Assembly (NCBI GenBank): GCA_038140435.1
Contig: JAYQGE010000003.1
Coordinates: forward strand, 357 to 64,356
Length of the DNA: 64,000 bases
Direction of reading: 5' to 3'
Source: Rhodospirillaceae bacterium
Lineage (GTDB): Bacteria > Pseudomonadota > Alphaproteobacteria > UBA6615
Numbering within the stretch: the first letter of the stretch is position 1; every line of letters starts with the position of its first letter. This document shows positions 50,904-60,036 of the stretch, piece after piece. Both the position numbers and the translations under genes were made by a program. The notes below the pieces were generated by a model. That model worked only from the letters and a program-made list of their open reading frames with translations. It had not been told where the DNA came from and made no database searches.

Positions 50904-51944
50904 CTATTCCGCGGCTTTCACCGCCGGCACATCGTCATCGTCGGCGAAGGCCGGGATGATCTCCTTCGAGAAGGTGCGCAGCCCCTCGATACCGGAGCCG
51001 CCGTCGGCGAACAGCAGGTAACGAATGCCGGAATCGTGCATCTTCTGAATTTTCTCGGCGATTTCGTCGATGGTCCCGTACATCGCCGCCTCTGCCGTGG
51101 TCTCGGTCGTGTCGTCATAGGACATGATCGAGGCCTTGTTCCCGCCGTCGGGGCGCTGGGCGAGTTTGTCCACCCGGCGCCGCGCATTGATCCGGTTCTC
51201 GATCGCGCGATCCCGGTCAGCTGCATCCTTGGCGACGTAGAGCCCGCGCGCGACACCGACCTCGTTGGCATCGAACGTGCGCCCGAGCGCCTCGACCGCG
51301 TTGCGGAACACCTCGATGCGCTCCTGAATGGTCGCGGGTGGTGCGAACTGATCGAGCAGCAGGTTGTAACCGCGCTCGGCGACCTTCTCGATCGATGCCG
51401 GGCTGCCGGCGCCCATCCAGAAGGGCGGGTGCGGCTTCTGCGCCGTCGGCGGCTCGACGACCACATCCTCGTAGGACCAGTATTCACCCTCGTAGGACCA
51501 TGGTGAGTCCTCGGTCCAGGACTTCTCCAGCAGCTTGAGCGATTCCTCGAATCGGCCATCGGCCTCCTCCATGGGAATCCTGAAGCCCTTGAACTCGTTG
51601 AAGCGGTAACCCTTGCCGACACCCATATCGAGCCGGCCGCCCGAAAGCAGATCGACGGTCGCGGCCTGCTCGGCCAGCAGCACCGGGTTGTGCCAGGGCA
51701 GGACCATGACGGCCGTGCCGAGCCGGATTGTCGAGGTCTGGGCCGCCAGATAGGTCAGCAGGTTCAACGTCGCGGAGACCTGGCCGAAGCCGGTGAAATG
51801 ATGTTCCACCGCGAAGGAACTGTGGAACCCGAGCGCTTCCGCCTCGGTGTTGTACTCCAGCCAGTCGCGATAGCCCTTCGCACTGTCCACATCGGGACCC
51901 TGACCGCGCTTCGCCTGCGCGCTGCCGAAAAGACCGAACTTCAT
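50904..51944 (-). CDS. LLM-class (luciferase-like) flavin-dependent oxidoreductase
   Basis: 346 aa from MKFGLFGSAQ (GGAGAA RBS). TIM-barrel LLM signatures (FHSSFAVEHHF, LSGGRLDMGVGKG). Confidence 0.8.
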   Translation of the reverse strand: MKFGLFGSAQAKRGQGPDVDSAKGYRDWLEYNTEAEALGFHSSFAVEHHFTGFGQVSATLNLLTYLAAQTSTIRLGTAVMVLPWHNPVLLAEQAATVDLLSGGRLDMGVGKGYRFNEFKGFRIPMEEADGRFEESLKLLEKSWTEDSPWSYEGEYWSYEDVVVEPPTAQKPHPPFWMGAGSPASIEKVAERGYNLLLDQFAPPATIQERIEVFRNAVEALGRTFDANEVGVARGLYVAKDAADRDRAIENRINARRRVDKLAQRPDGGNKASIMSYDDTTETTAEAAMYGTIDEIAEKIQKMHDSGIRYLLFADGGSGIEGLRTFSKEIIPAFADDDDVPAVKAAE

Positions 51945-52096
51945 GCCAATTCTCCGTTGCTTTGACCGGTAGATACCACGCCGCAATCACCGCCAGAAAC
52001 GCGATTATCCGATGTCTTGAAATGTGAGCAGGTGCAGCGGATGGCAGACTCTGAGCCCGACTTCGGGCCATGATGGAACCTGCGGGAGGAGTGCAA

Positions 52097-53056
52097 ATGC
52101 TCAATGTTGCGTTGATCGGGCTTGGCTGGTGGGGACAGACCCATATCCAGGCCCTCCATGAAAAAAGCGACAAGGTTCGTATTGATACGGTCGTGGACCT
52201 CGATTTGGATCTCTCGGAGAAAACGGCACATGCGATCAGCGCGCGGACTGCACCGAGCTACGAGGCGGTGCTCGCCGATGACGCCATCGACGCCGCGATC
52301 CTGGTAACCCCCCACTCGCTTCACACCGACCAGATCGTTGCCGGGGCGGCCGCGGGCAAGCATATCTTCACCGAGAAACCGTTCGCGCTGTCGAAGGCAC
52401 AGGCCGAGCGCGCGGTCGCGGCCGCCGAAACCGCGGGCATTCAGCTCGGTCTCGGCCACAACCAGCGCTTTCTGCCGCCTCAGGTAGAGATCAAGCGCAT
52501 GATCGACGCCGGCGAACTGGGCGAGATCCTGCACATGGAGGGCAACATCAGTCACGACACCCTGTCGGGTGAACACGCCTGGCGGCACGACCCCGCCGAG
52601 GCCCCGGGCGCAGGGCTTTGGCACATGGGCAGTCATTTTCTCGACCTGTTCCAGCACTATGTCGGGCGCGTATCAGAGGTCTACGCCCAGACGGTCGACC
52701 GGGTGAACCCGCGCGATTCGGCCGCGGCGCTTCTGACCTTCGAAGCCGGCCCCAGCGCCTATATCGGCAATATGATGACGACCGCGCCGAACCGGATGCT
52801 CAACGTCTTCGGTTCCAGGGGCTGGGCCAAGGCCACCAGCCTGACAACGCTTGAAATCAGTTTGCGCGACGGCGAGCCGCGCGAGCTGGAACTGGAGCCT
52901 GTTGATCATGTCCGCGCCAATGTCGAGTGTTTCGCCGATGCGATCGCCGGCCGTACGGCCTACCGGTTCACCAACGCAGAGATGATTCACGATGTGGCCG
53001 CGCTCGACGCGATGGCCGTATCAATCAGGTCCGGAAAACGCGAACCCGTCGCCTGA
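52097..53056 (+). CDS. Gfo/Idh/MocA family NAD(P)-dependent oxidoreductase, paralog 1
   Basis: About 319 aa from MLNVALIGLGWWGQ (GGGAGG RBS). Rossmann GLGWWG, EKP motif (FTEKPFAL). Confidence 0.8.
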   Translation: MLNVALIGLGWWGQTHIQALHEKSDKVRIDTVVDLDLDLSEKTAHAISARTAPSYEAVLADDAIDAAILVTPHSLHTDQIVAGAAAGKHIFTEKPFALSKAQAERAVAAAETAGIQLGLGHNQRFLPPQVEIKRMIDAGELGEILHMEGNISHDTLSGEHAWRHDPAEAPGAGLWHMGSHFLDLFQHYVGRVSEVYAQTVDRVNPRDSAAALLTFEAGPSAYIGNMMTTAPNRMLNVFGSRGWAKATSLTTLEISLRDGEPRELELEPVDHVRANVECFADAIAGRTAYRFTNAEMIHDVAALDAMAVSIRSGKREPVA

Positions 53057-53095
53057 AGCGACGCGCCGCGGCGACAACAGAAACAGGGGAATTTC

Positions 53096-54088
53096 ATGAT
53101 CAATGCAGCAATTGTCGGCCTCGGCTGGTGGGGCCAGAACCATGTGACCGCGTCCAAGGGCTCCGACAAGATTCGATTCACCCGCGCCGTCGATCTCGCG
53201 CCGGCGAACGTGCAGGACTTCTGCGACGAAAACGCGCTTGAGCTGACGGATAGCTACGAGGACGCGCTGAACGACCCCGACATCGACGCGGTCGTGCTCG
53301 TGACCCCGCACTCTCAGCACACTGACCAGATCGTCGCCGGGGCAGCCGCCGGCAAACATGTGCTGACCGAAAAGCCCTTCGCGCTGAAGAAGGCGGACGG
53401 AGAACGCGCCGCAAGCGCCATGCAGGAGGCCGGCCTAACGCTTGGAATCGGTCATAACTACCGATACGGACCGGCAATCCAGGAGATCAAACGGATCATC
53501 GAGTCCGGCGAACTCGGCGACATTCATCACATCGAGGCCAATCTCAGCCACCAGGGCCAGATCGGCATCGAGGGCTGGCGGCGCGCGTCCGAGGAGGCGC
53601 CGACCGGCGGCATCGTCCATTTCGGCGCTCACATGATCGACATCATGTGCTGGTACGGCGGCCCCATGCGGGAGGTTTACGGCCAACTCGCGACCCACAT
53701 CCTCGAAAACGATGTCGGATCGGTCCTGGTGAAGTTCGAGGGCGGCGCGACGGGATATCTCGCAAACCTGATGACGACGCCCGCGACCATGCATCTGCAG
53801 GTGATGGGCTCCAAGGGCTGGGCCCGGGCCAACGGCTGGATGGATACGACGAAGGTCACCACCTGCTTCGGCGCGGGCGCGGTCGAGGATGGCGGCGGCG
53901 CCGTCAACGAGATCGAGCTGCCCGTGCGGGATATCATTTCCCAGATCCGGGCCAACGACGACAATTTCGCGGCCGCCTGCGAGGGCACGGAGACATATCT
54001 CTTCACGCCCGCTGAGATGGCTCACACGGCCGCGATCCACGAGGCGATCGCCCGGTCTGCTGCAAGCGGAACACCCACGGCCGTCTAG
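53096..54088 (+). CDS. Gfo/Idh/MocA family oxidoreductase, paralog 2 (tandem)
   Basis: 330 aa, MINAAIVGLGWWGQNH, LTEKPFAL. Collinear with paralog 1. Confidence 0.8.
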   Translation: MINAAIVGLGWWGQNHVTASKGSDKIRFTRAVDLAPANVQDFCDENALELTDSYEDALNDPDIDAVVLVTPHSQHTDQIVAGAAAGKHVLTEKPFALKKADGERAASAMQEAGLTLGIGHNYRYGPAIQEIKRIIESGELGDIHHIEANLSHQGQIGIEGWRRASEEAPTGGIVHFGAHMIDIMCWYGGPMREVYGQLATHILENDVGSVLVKFEGGATGYLANLMTTPATMHLQVMGSKGWARANGWMDTTKVTTCFGAGAVEDGGGAVNEIELPVRDIISQIRANDDNFAAACEGTETYLFTPAEMAHTAAIHEAIARSAASGTPTAV

Positions 54089-54119
54089 GCACCCAAACAA
54101 CCCAACTTCGCCGGAAACA

Positions 54120-54215
54120 GGACAACAGCGGAGCAGCCCGCAGTCCCCCAAAAAGCATATGCATATATGTAGCCATATCTACATTTTGTACATTCTCTTG
54201 ATATTTTGACCTATG
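54120..54215. promoter_or_regulatory. AT-rich palindromic region upstream of the sitA-like gene: candidate MntR/Mur operator plus promoter
   Basis: Only strongly AT-rich stretch in the window (…AAAAAGCATATGCATATATGTAGCCATATCTACATTTTGTACATTCTCTTGATATTTTGACC…). Palindromes ATATGCATAT and TGTAGccatatCTACA. Confidence 0.4.
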
Positions 54216-54305
54216 GGTTATTCCTCGATAAGAATCCGTCCGAGGCTCGCGACCGTAGCGTCGCGGAGAGCATGGGATTGGATTTGGGCAACCGGGTGTC
54301 GGCGG

Positions 54306-55259
54306 ATGCGCCTGTACAGAATGTTTCTGATCGTCGCCTTGGCGCTCGCGATCATGCAGCCCGGCGGATGGGCCACGGCCCAGGAGCGGCCCCGGGTCGT
54401 CGCGACCACCGGCATGATCGCCGACGCGGCCATGCGGGTCGGCGGCAACATGATCGAGGTGCAGGCGCTGATGGGCCCGGGCGTAGACCCGCACGCCTAT
54501 CGGCAGACCCGGTCGGACATCGCGGCCATGGCGAAAGCGGATCTCGTTTTGTGGAATGGACTTTTTCTCGAGGCACAGCTCGAGGATTTCCTGCGCGAGC
54601 TGGCCAGCCGAACGACCGTGGTCGCCGTGACGGAGGACGTGCCGGAAACGCTTCTGATTGCTTCCGAGGATTACGCCGACCGCCACGACCCCCATCTGTG
54701 GATGGACCCCGATCTCTGGACACGGGTCGTGAGCAAGGTCCGGGACGCGCTGATCGACATACACCCCGCGGGCGAAGCGGAGTTCCGTGCCAACGCCGAT
54801 GCCTATCTCGAGCAACTGCGCGCACTCTCGCGGTACGCGAAGGACGCGCTCGACACGGTCGCGCCGGAAAGCCGTGTTGTCGTGTCGTCCCACGACGCCT
54901 TCAACTATTTCGGCCGCGCCTATGGCTTCGAGGTCGTCGGCATCCAGGGCATCTCGACCGAATCCGAGGCGGGATTGCGCCGCATAACGGAGCTCGTCGA
55001 CATGCTCGTTACGCGAAATATCCGCGCTGTCTTCGTCGAGACCTCGGTGTCGGACCGCAACATCCGCGCGCTGATCGAGGGCGCCGCGGCGCGCCGCCAC
55101 ACGGTGGTGATCGGCGGCGAGCTCTATTCCGATGCGATGGGCACGCCCGGCACCTACGAGGGCACCTACATCGGCATGATCGACCATAACGCCACCACCA
55201 TCACGAGCGCATTGGGCGGCAAGGCCCCGGACACCGGGATGCAGGGTCTTCTGAATTGA
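54306..55259 (+). CDS. Metal (Mn/Fe/Zn) ABC transporter substrate-binding protein, cluster A-I (SitA/MntC/ZnuA-like)
   Basis: 317 aa from MRLYRMFLIVALALAIMQP (signal peptide). TroA-like SBP motifs (VVATTGMIADA, DPHAYRQ, HLWMDP). Confidence 0.85.
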   Translation: MRLYRMFLIVALALAIMQPGGWATAQERPRVVATTGMIADAAMRVGGNMIEVQALMGPGVDPHAYRQTRSDIAAMAKADLVLWNGLFLEAQLEDFLRELASRTTVVAVTEDVPETLLIASEDYADRHDPHLWMDPDLWTRVVSKVRDALIDIHPAGEAEFRANADAYLEQLRALSRYAKDALDTVAPESRVVVSSHDAFNYFGRAYGFEVVGIQGISTESEAGLRRITELVDMLVTRNIRAVFVETSVSDRNIRALIEGAAARRHTVVIGGELYSDAMGTPGTYEGTYIGMIDHNATTITSALGGKAPDTGMQGLLN

Positions 55260-55263
55260 GGAA

Positions 55264-56097
55264 ATGAGTATGTCACGCGCAACGCAACCGACCATCGCCT
55301 CGGATCGCGGCCGCACCGTGGAAACGGCAAACGCATCACAGGACGCCGCCCTTTCCGTCCGGGGACTGACCGTCGCCTATGGCGAGAAGCCGGCGATCTT
55401 CTCCGTCGATGCGACCTTCGAAGCGGACGGGATGTCCGCCATCGTCGGCCCGAACGGGGCCGGCAAGTCCACGCTTCTGAAGGCCGCGCTGGGCGTGATC
55501 CCACGCCTGTCGGGAGACGTCCATGTGTTCGGCGAACCGGTCGCCGATGCGCGCGCGCGCATCGCCTACGTACCCCAAAGCGCGAGCGTGGACTGGGACT
55601 TTCCGACGACCGTGATGGATGTCGTCCAGATGGGACTCTACCGCAAGGTCGGGCTTCTCGGCCGGCTCGCGGGCCAGCCGCGGGACTGGGCGCGCGACTG
55701 CCTCGACCGGGTCGGCATGGCGGACTTCGCCGGCCGCCAGATCGGCCAGCTCTCGGGCGGACAGCAGCAGCGGGTGTTTCTCGCCCGCGCGCTCGCACAG
55801 GACGCAGACCTCTACCTCCTCGACGAACCGTTCGCAGGTGTCGATGCCGCGACGGAACGCGCGGTCATCGACGTCCTCAAGGCCCTGAAGTCGGAGAACA
55901 AGGCCGTCGTCGCCGTGCATCACGATCTCGCCACGGTGCGTGACTACTTCGACCATGTCTTCCTGATCAACGTGCGCCGAATCGCCGAGGGACCGGTCGC
56001 GACCACGTTCACCACGGACAATCTGCAGGCGGCCTATAGCGGCCGACTCGCCGCTACCCATCTTGACGAACTGTCGGTGGTGGTCGGGGCACGATGA
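55264..56097 (+). CDS. Metal ABC transporter ATP-binding protein (SitB/MntB/ZnuC-like)
   Basis: 277 aa. Walker A GPNGAGKST, signature LSGGQQQR, Walker B LYLLDEPFAGVD. Confidence 0.88.
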   Translation: MSMSRATQPTIASDRGRTVETANASQDAALSVRGLTVAYGEKPAIFSVDATFEADGMSAIVGPNGAGKSTLLKAALGVIPRLSGDVHVFGEPVADARARIAYVPQSASVDWDFPTTVMDVVQMGLYRKVGLLGRLAGQPRDWARDCLDRVGMADFAGRQIGQLSGGQQQRVFLARALAQDADLYLLDEPFAGVDAATERAVIDVLKALKSENKAVVAVHHDLATVRDYFDHVFLINVRRIAEGPVATTFTTDNLQAAYSGRLAATHLDELSVVVGAR

Positions 56098-57308
56098 TCC
56101 CGTTCCTCGACGCGCTGTTCCTGCAAGCCGGGTACAACGCCGCGCTGGTGGCCATCGGCGCCGGGCTGCTCGGCTTCGCGGCGGGCGCATCCGGGACCTT
56201 CCCGTTCCTCCGCAAGCGCGCCCTGATCTCCGACGCCGTCGCCCACGCGACGCTGCCAGGTGTCGCCCTCGCCTTTGTCGCGATGGTCGCCATCGGCGGC
56301 GACGGGCGCAGCCTTCCGGGTCTCATCGCAGGCTCCGCCGCGACCGCCTGGATCGGCTTGCTGGTCATCGAGTGGATCGCGCGGCGCACACGCCTTTCGG
56401 AGGATGCCGCCATCGGCGCCGTTCTCGGCGTCTTCTTCGGCACCGGCATCGTGCTGCTGACCGTCATCCAGACGATGAGCGCCGGCCGGCAGGCCGGGCT
56501 CGAGAGCTTCCTGCTCGGTTCCACGGCAGGCATGCTCTTCCAGGACGCGATCGTCATCGCCATCGGTGGTTCGCTCGCCGTGCTGACGACATGGCTCATG
56601 CGCCGTCCGATGACGCTCGTGGCCTTCGACAGCGCCTATGCCGCCGCGCTTGGCTACGATGTACGCCGGATCGATCTCATGATGATGGCCCTCGTCATGG
56701 CCATCACCGTTATCGGGCTCAAGCTCGTGGGCCTGATCCTGATCGTGGCCTTGCTCATCATTCCGCCCGTGGCCGCCCGCTTCTGGACCGACCGTTCGTC
56801 GCGGATGATCTGGACCGCGGGCGGCATCGGCGGAGTGTCGGGCTATCTCGGTGCTGTCCTGTCTGCGTCCGCGCCGGCCTTATCGACCGGCCCGATTATC
56901 GTGCTCGTCGCCGCGAGCATATTTCTTCTCTCGCTCCTGTTCGCGCCAGATCGTGGTGTCGTCGCCGCCCTCCTTCGCCGCCGGCGCTTCCAGGCGCGGG
57001 TGCACCGCCGGCAAGGCCTGCTCGCCCTCGCCGCCCAGCACCCGATCCGCGAGGCCTATACCCTGCGCCTCCTCCGGCGCGAGGGCCTGGTCCGCGCGGA
57101 CGGTGTCCCCACCCCGGCCGGCCGTGCGCAGGCGGCCAAGATCACCCGGGACGAGCGCCGCTGGGAAGTTGCCCGCGAAATCTACCAGGATACCGGCCTG
57201 ACCGGCCGCTACGACGGGCTGACGCCGATAGAAGACCTTTTCACGATAGACGAGATCGCCGAATTCGATCACCGTCTCGGCCCGCCGGCACGAGTGGAGG
57301 GCGCGTGA
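56094..57308 (+). CDS. Metal ABC transporter permease (SitC/MntC-like) carrying an unusual about 110-aa C-terminal cytoplasmic extension
   Basis: 404 aa. The first about 290 aa are a typical ABC-3 permease. The tail RRRRFQARVHRRQGLLALAAQHPIREAYTLRLLRREGLVRADGV...ITRDERRWEV... is basic and faintly winged-helix-like. Start overlaps the ATPase stop. Confidence 0.85.
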   Translation: MIPFLDALFLQAGYNAALVAIGAGLLGFAAGASGTFPFLRKRALISDAVAHATLPGVALAFVAMVAIGGDGRSLPGLIAGSAATAWIGLLVIEWIARRTRLSEDAAIGAVLGVFFGTGIVLLTVIQTMSAGRQAGLESFLLGSTAGMLFQDAIVIAIGGSLAVLTTWLMRRPMTLVAFDSAYAAALGYDVRRIDLMMMALVMAITVIGLKLVGLILIVALLIIPPVAARFWTDRSSRMIWTAGGIGGVSGYLGAVLSASAPALSTGPIIVLVAASIFLLSLLFAPDRGVVAALLRRRRFQARVHRRQGLLALAAQHPIREAYTLRLLRREGLVRADGVPTPAGRAQAAKITRDERRWEVAREIYQDTGLTGRYDGLTPIEDLFTIDEIAEFDHRLGPPARVEGA

Positions 57309-58240
57309 TGGGTGCCGAGTTCGTGCAACTCTCCCTCACGCCGATGCTGATCGGTGTCCTCGCAGCGAACGCCTGCGCGCTGCCGGGCAACTTCCTGATT
57401 CTCCGCCGCCAGGCCCTGATCGGCGACGCCATCAGCCATGTCGTTCTGCCCGGAATCGTGGTCGCGTTCCTGTTCACCGGCGTTATCGCAGCCGTTCCCA
57501 TGCTGCTCGGCGCGGCGGGCGCGGCCATCGTCGCGGTGGTCCTGATCGAGGCCGTAAAACGGCTCGGCAACATCGAGCCGGGGGCCGCGATGGGCGCCAT
57601 CTTCACCACGATGTTTGCCGCGGGCGTCCTGATCCTGGAACTCACCGACACGAGCGGTGTCCACCTCGATGTCGAGCACGCACTGATGGGCAACCTCGAA
57701 TCGCTCGTCTGGTTGCGCGCCGAGGGCTGGTCTTCCCTGCTCGACCCTGGTGCGCTCGCGGCACTGCCCGGAGAACTCACCCGGATTGCGATCGTGTGCG
57801 CGCTCATTTTCGTGCTGACGCTGATCTTCTGGCGCTGGCTGAAGATCGCCACCTTCGACGAAGCATTCGCGCGCGCGCTCGGGATCCCCGCTGCGGCGCT
57901 CGGCCTCGGTCTTGTCGTGACGGCCGCCGTGGCCGCAGTGGCCGCGTTCGACGCCGTTGGATCGATCATCGTCATCGCCATGTTCATCTGTCCGCCCGCT
58001 GCCGCGCGGCTCATGACGAACCGGCTCGAGCACCAGATCGTCTGGTCGGTCGCATTCGCGACCCTCGCGGCGGTGCTGGGCTACGTCCTCGCGGGCTACG
58101 GGCCGTTCTGGATCGGCGGCGAGAACGCCGTCAGCGCCGCCGGCATGATCGCTACCATGTCCGGCGTCATCCTGGCGCTTGCCTGCCTCTTCGGCCCCCA
58201 CCGCGCCCGAACCGGCGCGGCGCGGCAGGAGAGCGCGTGA
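57308..58240 (+). CDS. Metal ABC transporter permease (SitD/MntD-like)
   Basis: 310 aa from ATG overlapping the upstream stop (TGATG). ABC-3 family TM pattern. Confidence 0.85.
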   Translation: MGAEFVQLSLTPMLIGVLAANACALPGNFLILRRQALIGDAISHVVLPGIVVAFLFTGVIAAVPMLLGAAGAAIVAVVLIEAVKRLGNIEPGAAMGAIFTTMFAAGVLILELTDTSGVHLDVEHALMGNLESLVWLRAEGWSSLLDPGALAALPGELTRIAIVCALIFVLTLIFWRWLKIATFDEAFARALGIPAAALGLGLVVTAAVAAVAAFDAVGSIIVIAMFICPPAAARLMTNRLEHQIVWSVAFATLAAVLGYVLAGYGPFWIGGENAVSAAGMIATMSGVILALACLFGPHRARTGAARQESA

Positions 58241-58340
58241 TGTGGCCGCCCCGAGACCCGGCCTTTCACGGAATCGCGGCGCCTGCCATCCTGCGCTCCA
58301 TGGAGACCACACCCCAAGCCTGCGCATCGGACCGTCAGTA

Positions 58341-58808
58341 ATGGCGGAGCGCGGCAAATCCGTGGAGCCGTCGGACGAGACCGACACGCTGATGGACGCG
58401 GACCGTCAGGCCGCGCAGTTCGAGCGCGTCCGCAACGCCCAGCAGACGGAGAAGGCCGAAGACTATGTCGAGATGATCGACGACCTGATCAACGCCTATG
58501 GCGAGGCCCGGGTCACGGATCTCGCGCAGCGTTTCGGCGTGTCCCACGCCACAGTCAACAAGATCGTCAAGCGGCTGCAACGCGACGGACTGGTCACGTC
58601 TCGCCCCTACCGCTCGATCTTCCTGACCGAACAGGGGAGCGCGCTGGCCCAGGCATCCCGCGAGCGCCACCAGATCGTCCTGAACTTCCTGCGCGCCATC
58701 GGGGTCAGTGCCCGCAACGCCGAGCTCGACGCCGAAGGCATCGAGCATTACGTCAGCGCCGAAACGCTGGCGGCATTCGAGCGGATCACCTCCGAGAAGG
58801 ACGGCTGA
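58341..58808 (+). CDS. mntR: DtxR-family manganese-responsive transcriptional repressor
   Basis: 155 aa from MAERGKS. Closely matches the B. subtilis MntR pattern: EDYVEMIDDLI, ARVTDLAQRFGVSHATVNKIVKRLQRDGLV, GIEHYVS. Confidence 0.85.
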   Translation: MAERGKSVEPSDETDTLMDADRQAAQFERVRNAQQTEKAEDYVEMIDDLINAYGEARVTDLAQRFGVSHATVNKIVKRLQRDGLVTSRPYRSIFLTEQGSALAQASRERHQIVLNFLRAIGVSARNAELDAEGIEHYVSAETLAAFERITSEKDG

Positions 58809-58865
58809 GTAATATTCAACCCGTCATACGCGGGCTTGACCCGCGTATCCCGTCTCGGTGTCGAA

Positions 58866-58897
58866 AGAGATGCCCGGATCAAGTCCGGGCATGACGG
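58866..58897. repeat. Partial or variant family A repeat (GATGCCCGGATCAAGTCCGGGCATGACGG)
   Basis: Matches the third hairpin module of the family A elements at 22321-22348 and 24170-24200. Confidence 0.4.
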
Positions 58898-58915
58898 ATT
58901 CGGTTTATCGCCCGG

Positions 58916-59908
58916 CTACTCCCCCAGCAGGAACGGCAGCGCCTTCGCGAGCGTGTCCTCGGGGTTCTCCTCGACGTAGAAATGCCCGCCGTCGACCAGC
59001 GCGACCCGCGCGTCCGGCAGATATGCCTCGAGCCCCTCGTAATTCTCGACCGGCATCGGCGGCTCGTCCGAGCCCTGGAGAATGAGCATCGGCGCCTTCC
59101 ATGCGGGGATCAGCCGGGTGCGCCGGTCGATCCAGTCCTTGCGAAAGGTCGAGGACTGGAAATAACGCTCGACCGCGAGCCCCGTCCCCGGCCGCGAGAA
59201 CTCCTGGATCGCGCGGACGACCTCGGCCTTCGGGATCGGATGCTTGCACAGGCGGCCATAACCCCATTCGAACATCTTCACCGGGTCCTGCAGAATTCCG
59301 CGGGTCTCCAGATCGGTGAACATGAGCTCCTGGGGCGCCAAATCCGGGTGAAAATGGATCAGGTGCTGGGACCCGCGCACATAGCGGACCACCCGGTCGA
59401 CCTGCTTCGCGGCGATGAAGTCCGCCTGCACAGTGCCGCGGTCATGGCTGAACAGGTTGAACCGGTCGATGCCCAGCGTGTCGAGGAGCGCGACCACCTG
59501 GTCGGCAACGCCCTCGTGACGGTAGTCGCCGCGCCGGTTGTCCGACTGCCCGTAGCCCTTGAGATCGATCGCCACACAGCGGAAATGCTCCGCCAACGCC
59601 GGCAGGATCGGACGCCACATGCACCAGGACTGCGGAATGCCGTGCATGAGCAGCAGCACCGGGCCTTCTCCCGCCTCGACGAAATGCCAGCGAAGCGTCT
59701 CGCTCTCGCCCGGCGCCTCGACGAACCGGTGGGTCACTTCCAGCCCGCCGATATCCTCGACCTCGCCGTCGGTATTCTCCGGCGCCGGCGGCACGCCTTC
59801 CGCCGCGATCTCTGCCAGGGTCGCGACCATCTCCGGGTGATTATGGCCTTCGCGCATCAGGGCGAGCGCGGCCTCGCTGACGGGACGGTATTCGAGTTCC
59901 ATGGCCAT
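58916..59908 (-). CDS. Alpha/beta-hydrolase fold protein (epoxide hydrolase/haloalkane dehalogenase-like superfamily)
   Basis: 330 aa. HGIPQSWCMW (HGxP oxyanion), nucleophile elbow FSHDRGT, C-terminal His in GGHFYVEENPE. Confidence 0.8.
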   Translation of the reverse strand: MAMELEYRPVSEAALALMREGHNHPEMVATLAEIAAEGVPPAPENTDGEVEDIGGLEVTHRFVEAPGESETLRWHFVEAGEGPVLLLMHGIPQSWCMWRPILPALAEHFRCVAIDLKGYGQSDNRRGDYRHEGVADQVVALLDTLGIDRFNLFSHDRGTVQADFIAAKQVDRVVRYVRGSQHLIHFHPDLAPQELMFTDLETRGILQDPVKMFEWGYGRLCKHPIPKAEVVRAIQEFSRPGTGLAVERYFQSSTFRKDWIDRRTRLIPAWKAPMLILQGSDEPPMPVENYEGLEAYLPDARVALVDGGHFYVEENPEDTLAKALPFLLGE

Positions 59909-59936
59909 CTCCTCCCTGGGATGTTTTCGTGAACAT

Positions 59937-60028
59937 ATGCTTCGAGACGCCGCCTGCGGCGGCTCCTCAGCATGAGGATATAAAAATACGCCTCACCCTG
60001 AGGAGATCGCGCAGCGATCGTCTCGAAG
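59937..60028. repeat. Family B MITE/REP-like repeat, short copy
   Basis: GCTTCGAGACGCCGCCTGCGGCGGCTCCTCAGCATGAGGA...CTCACCCTGAGGAG...CGTCTCGAAGG. Shares both termini with 25535-25668 but has a shorter core. Confidence 0.6.
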
Positions 60029-60036
60029 GGCGCTCC

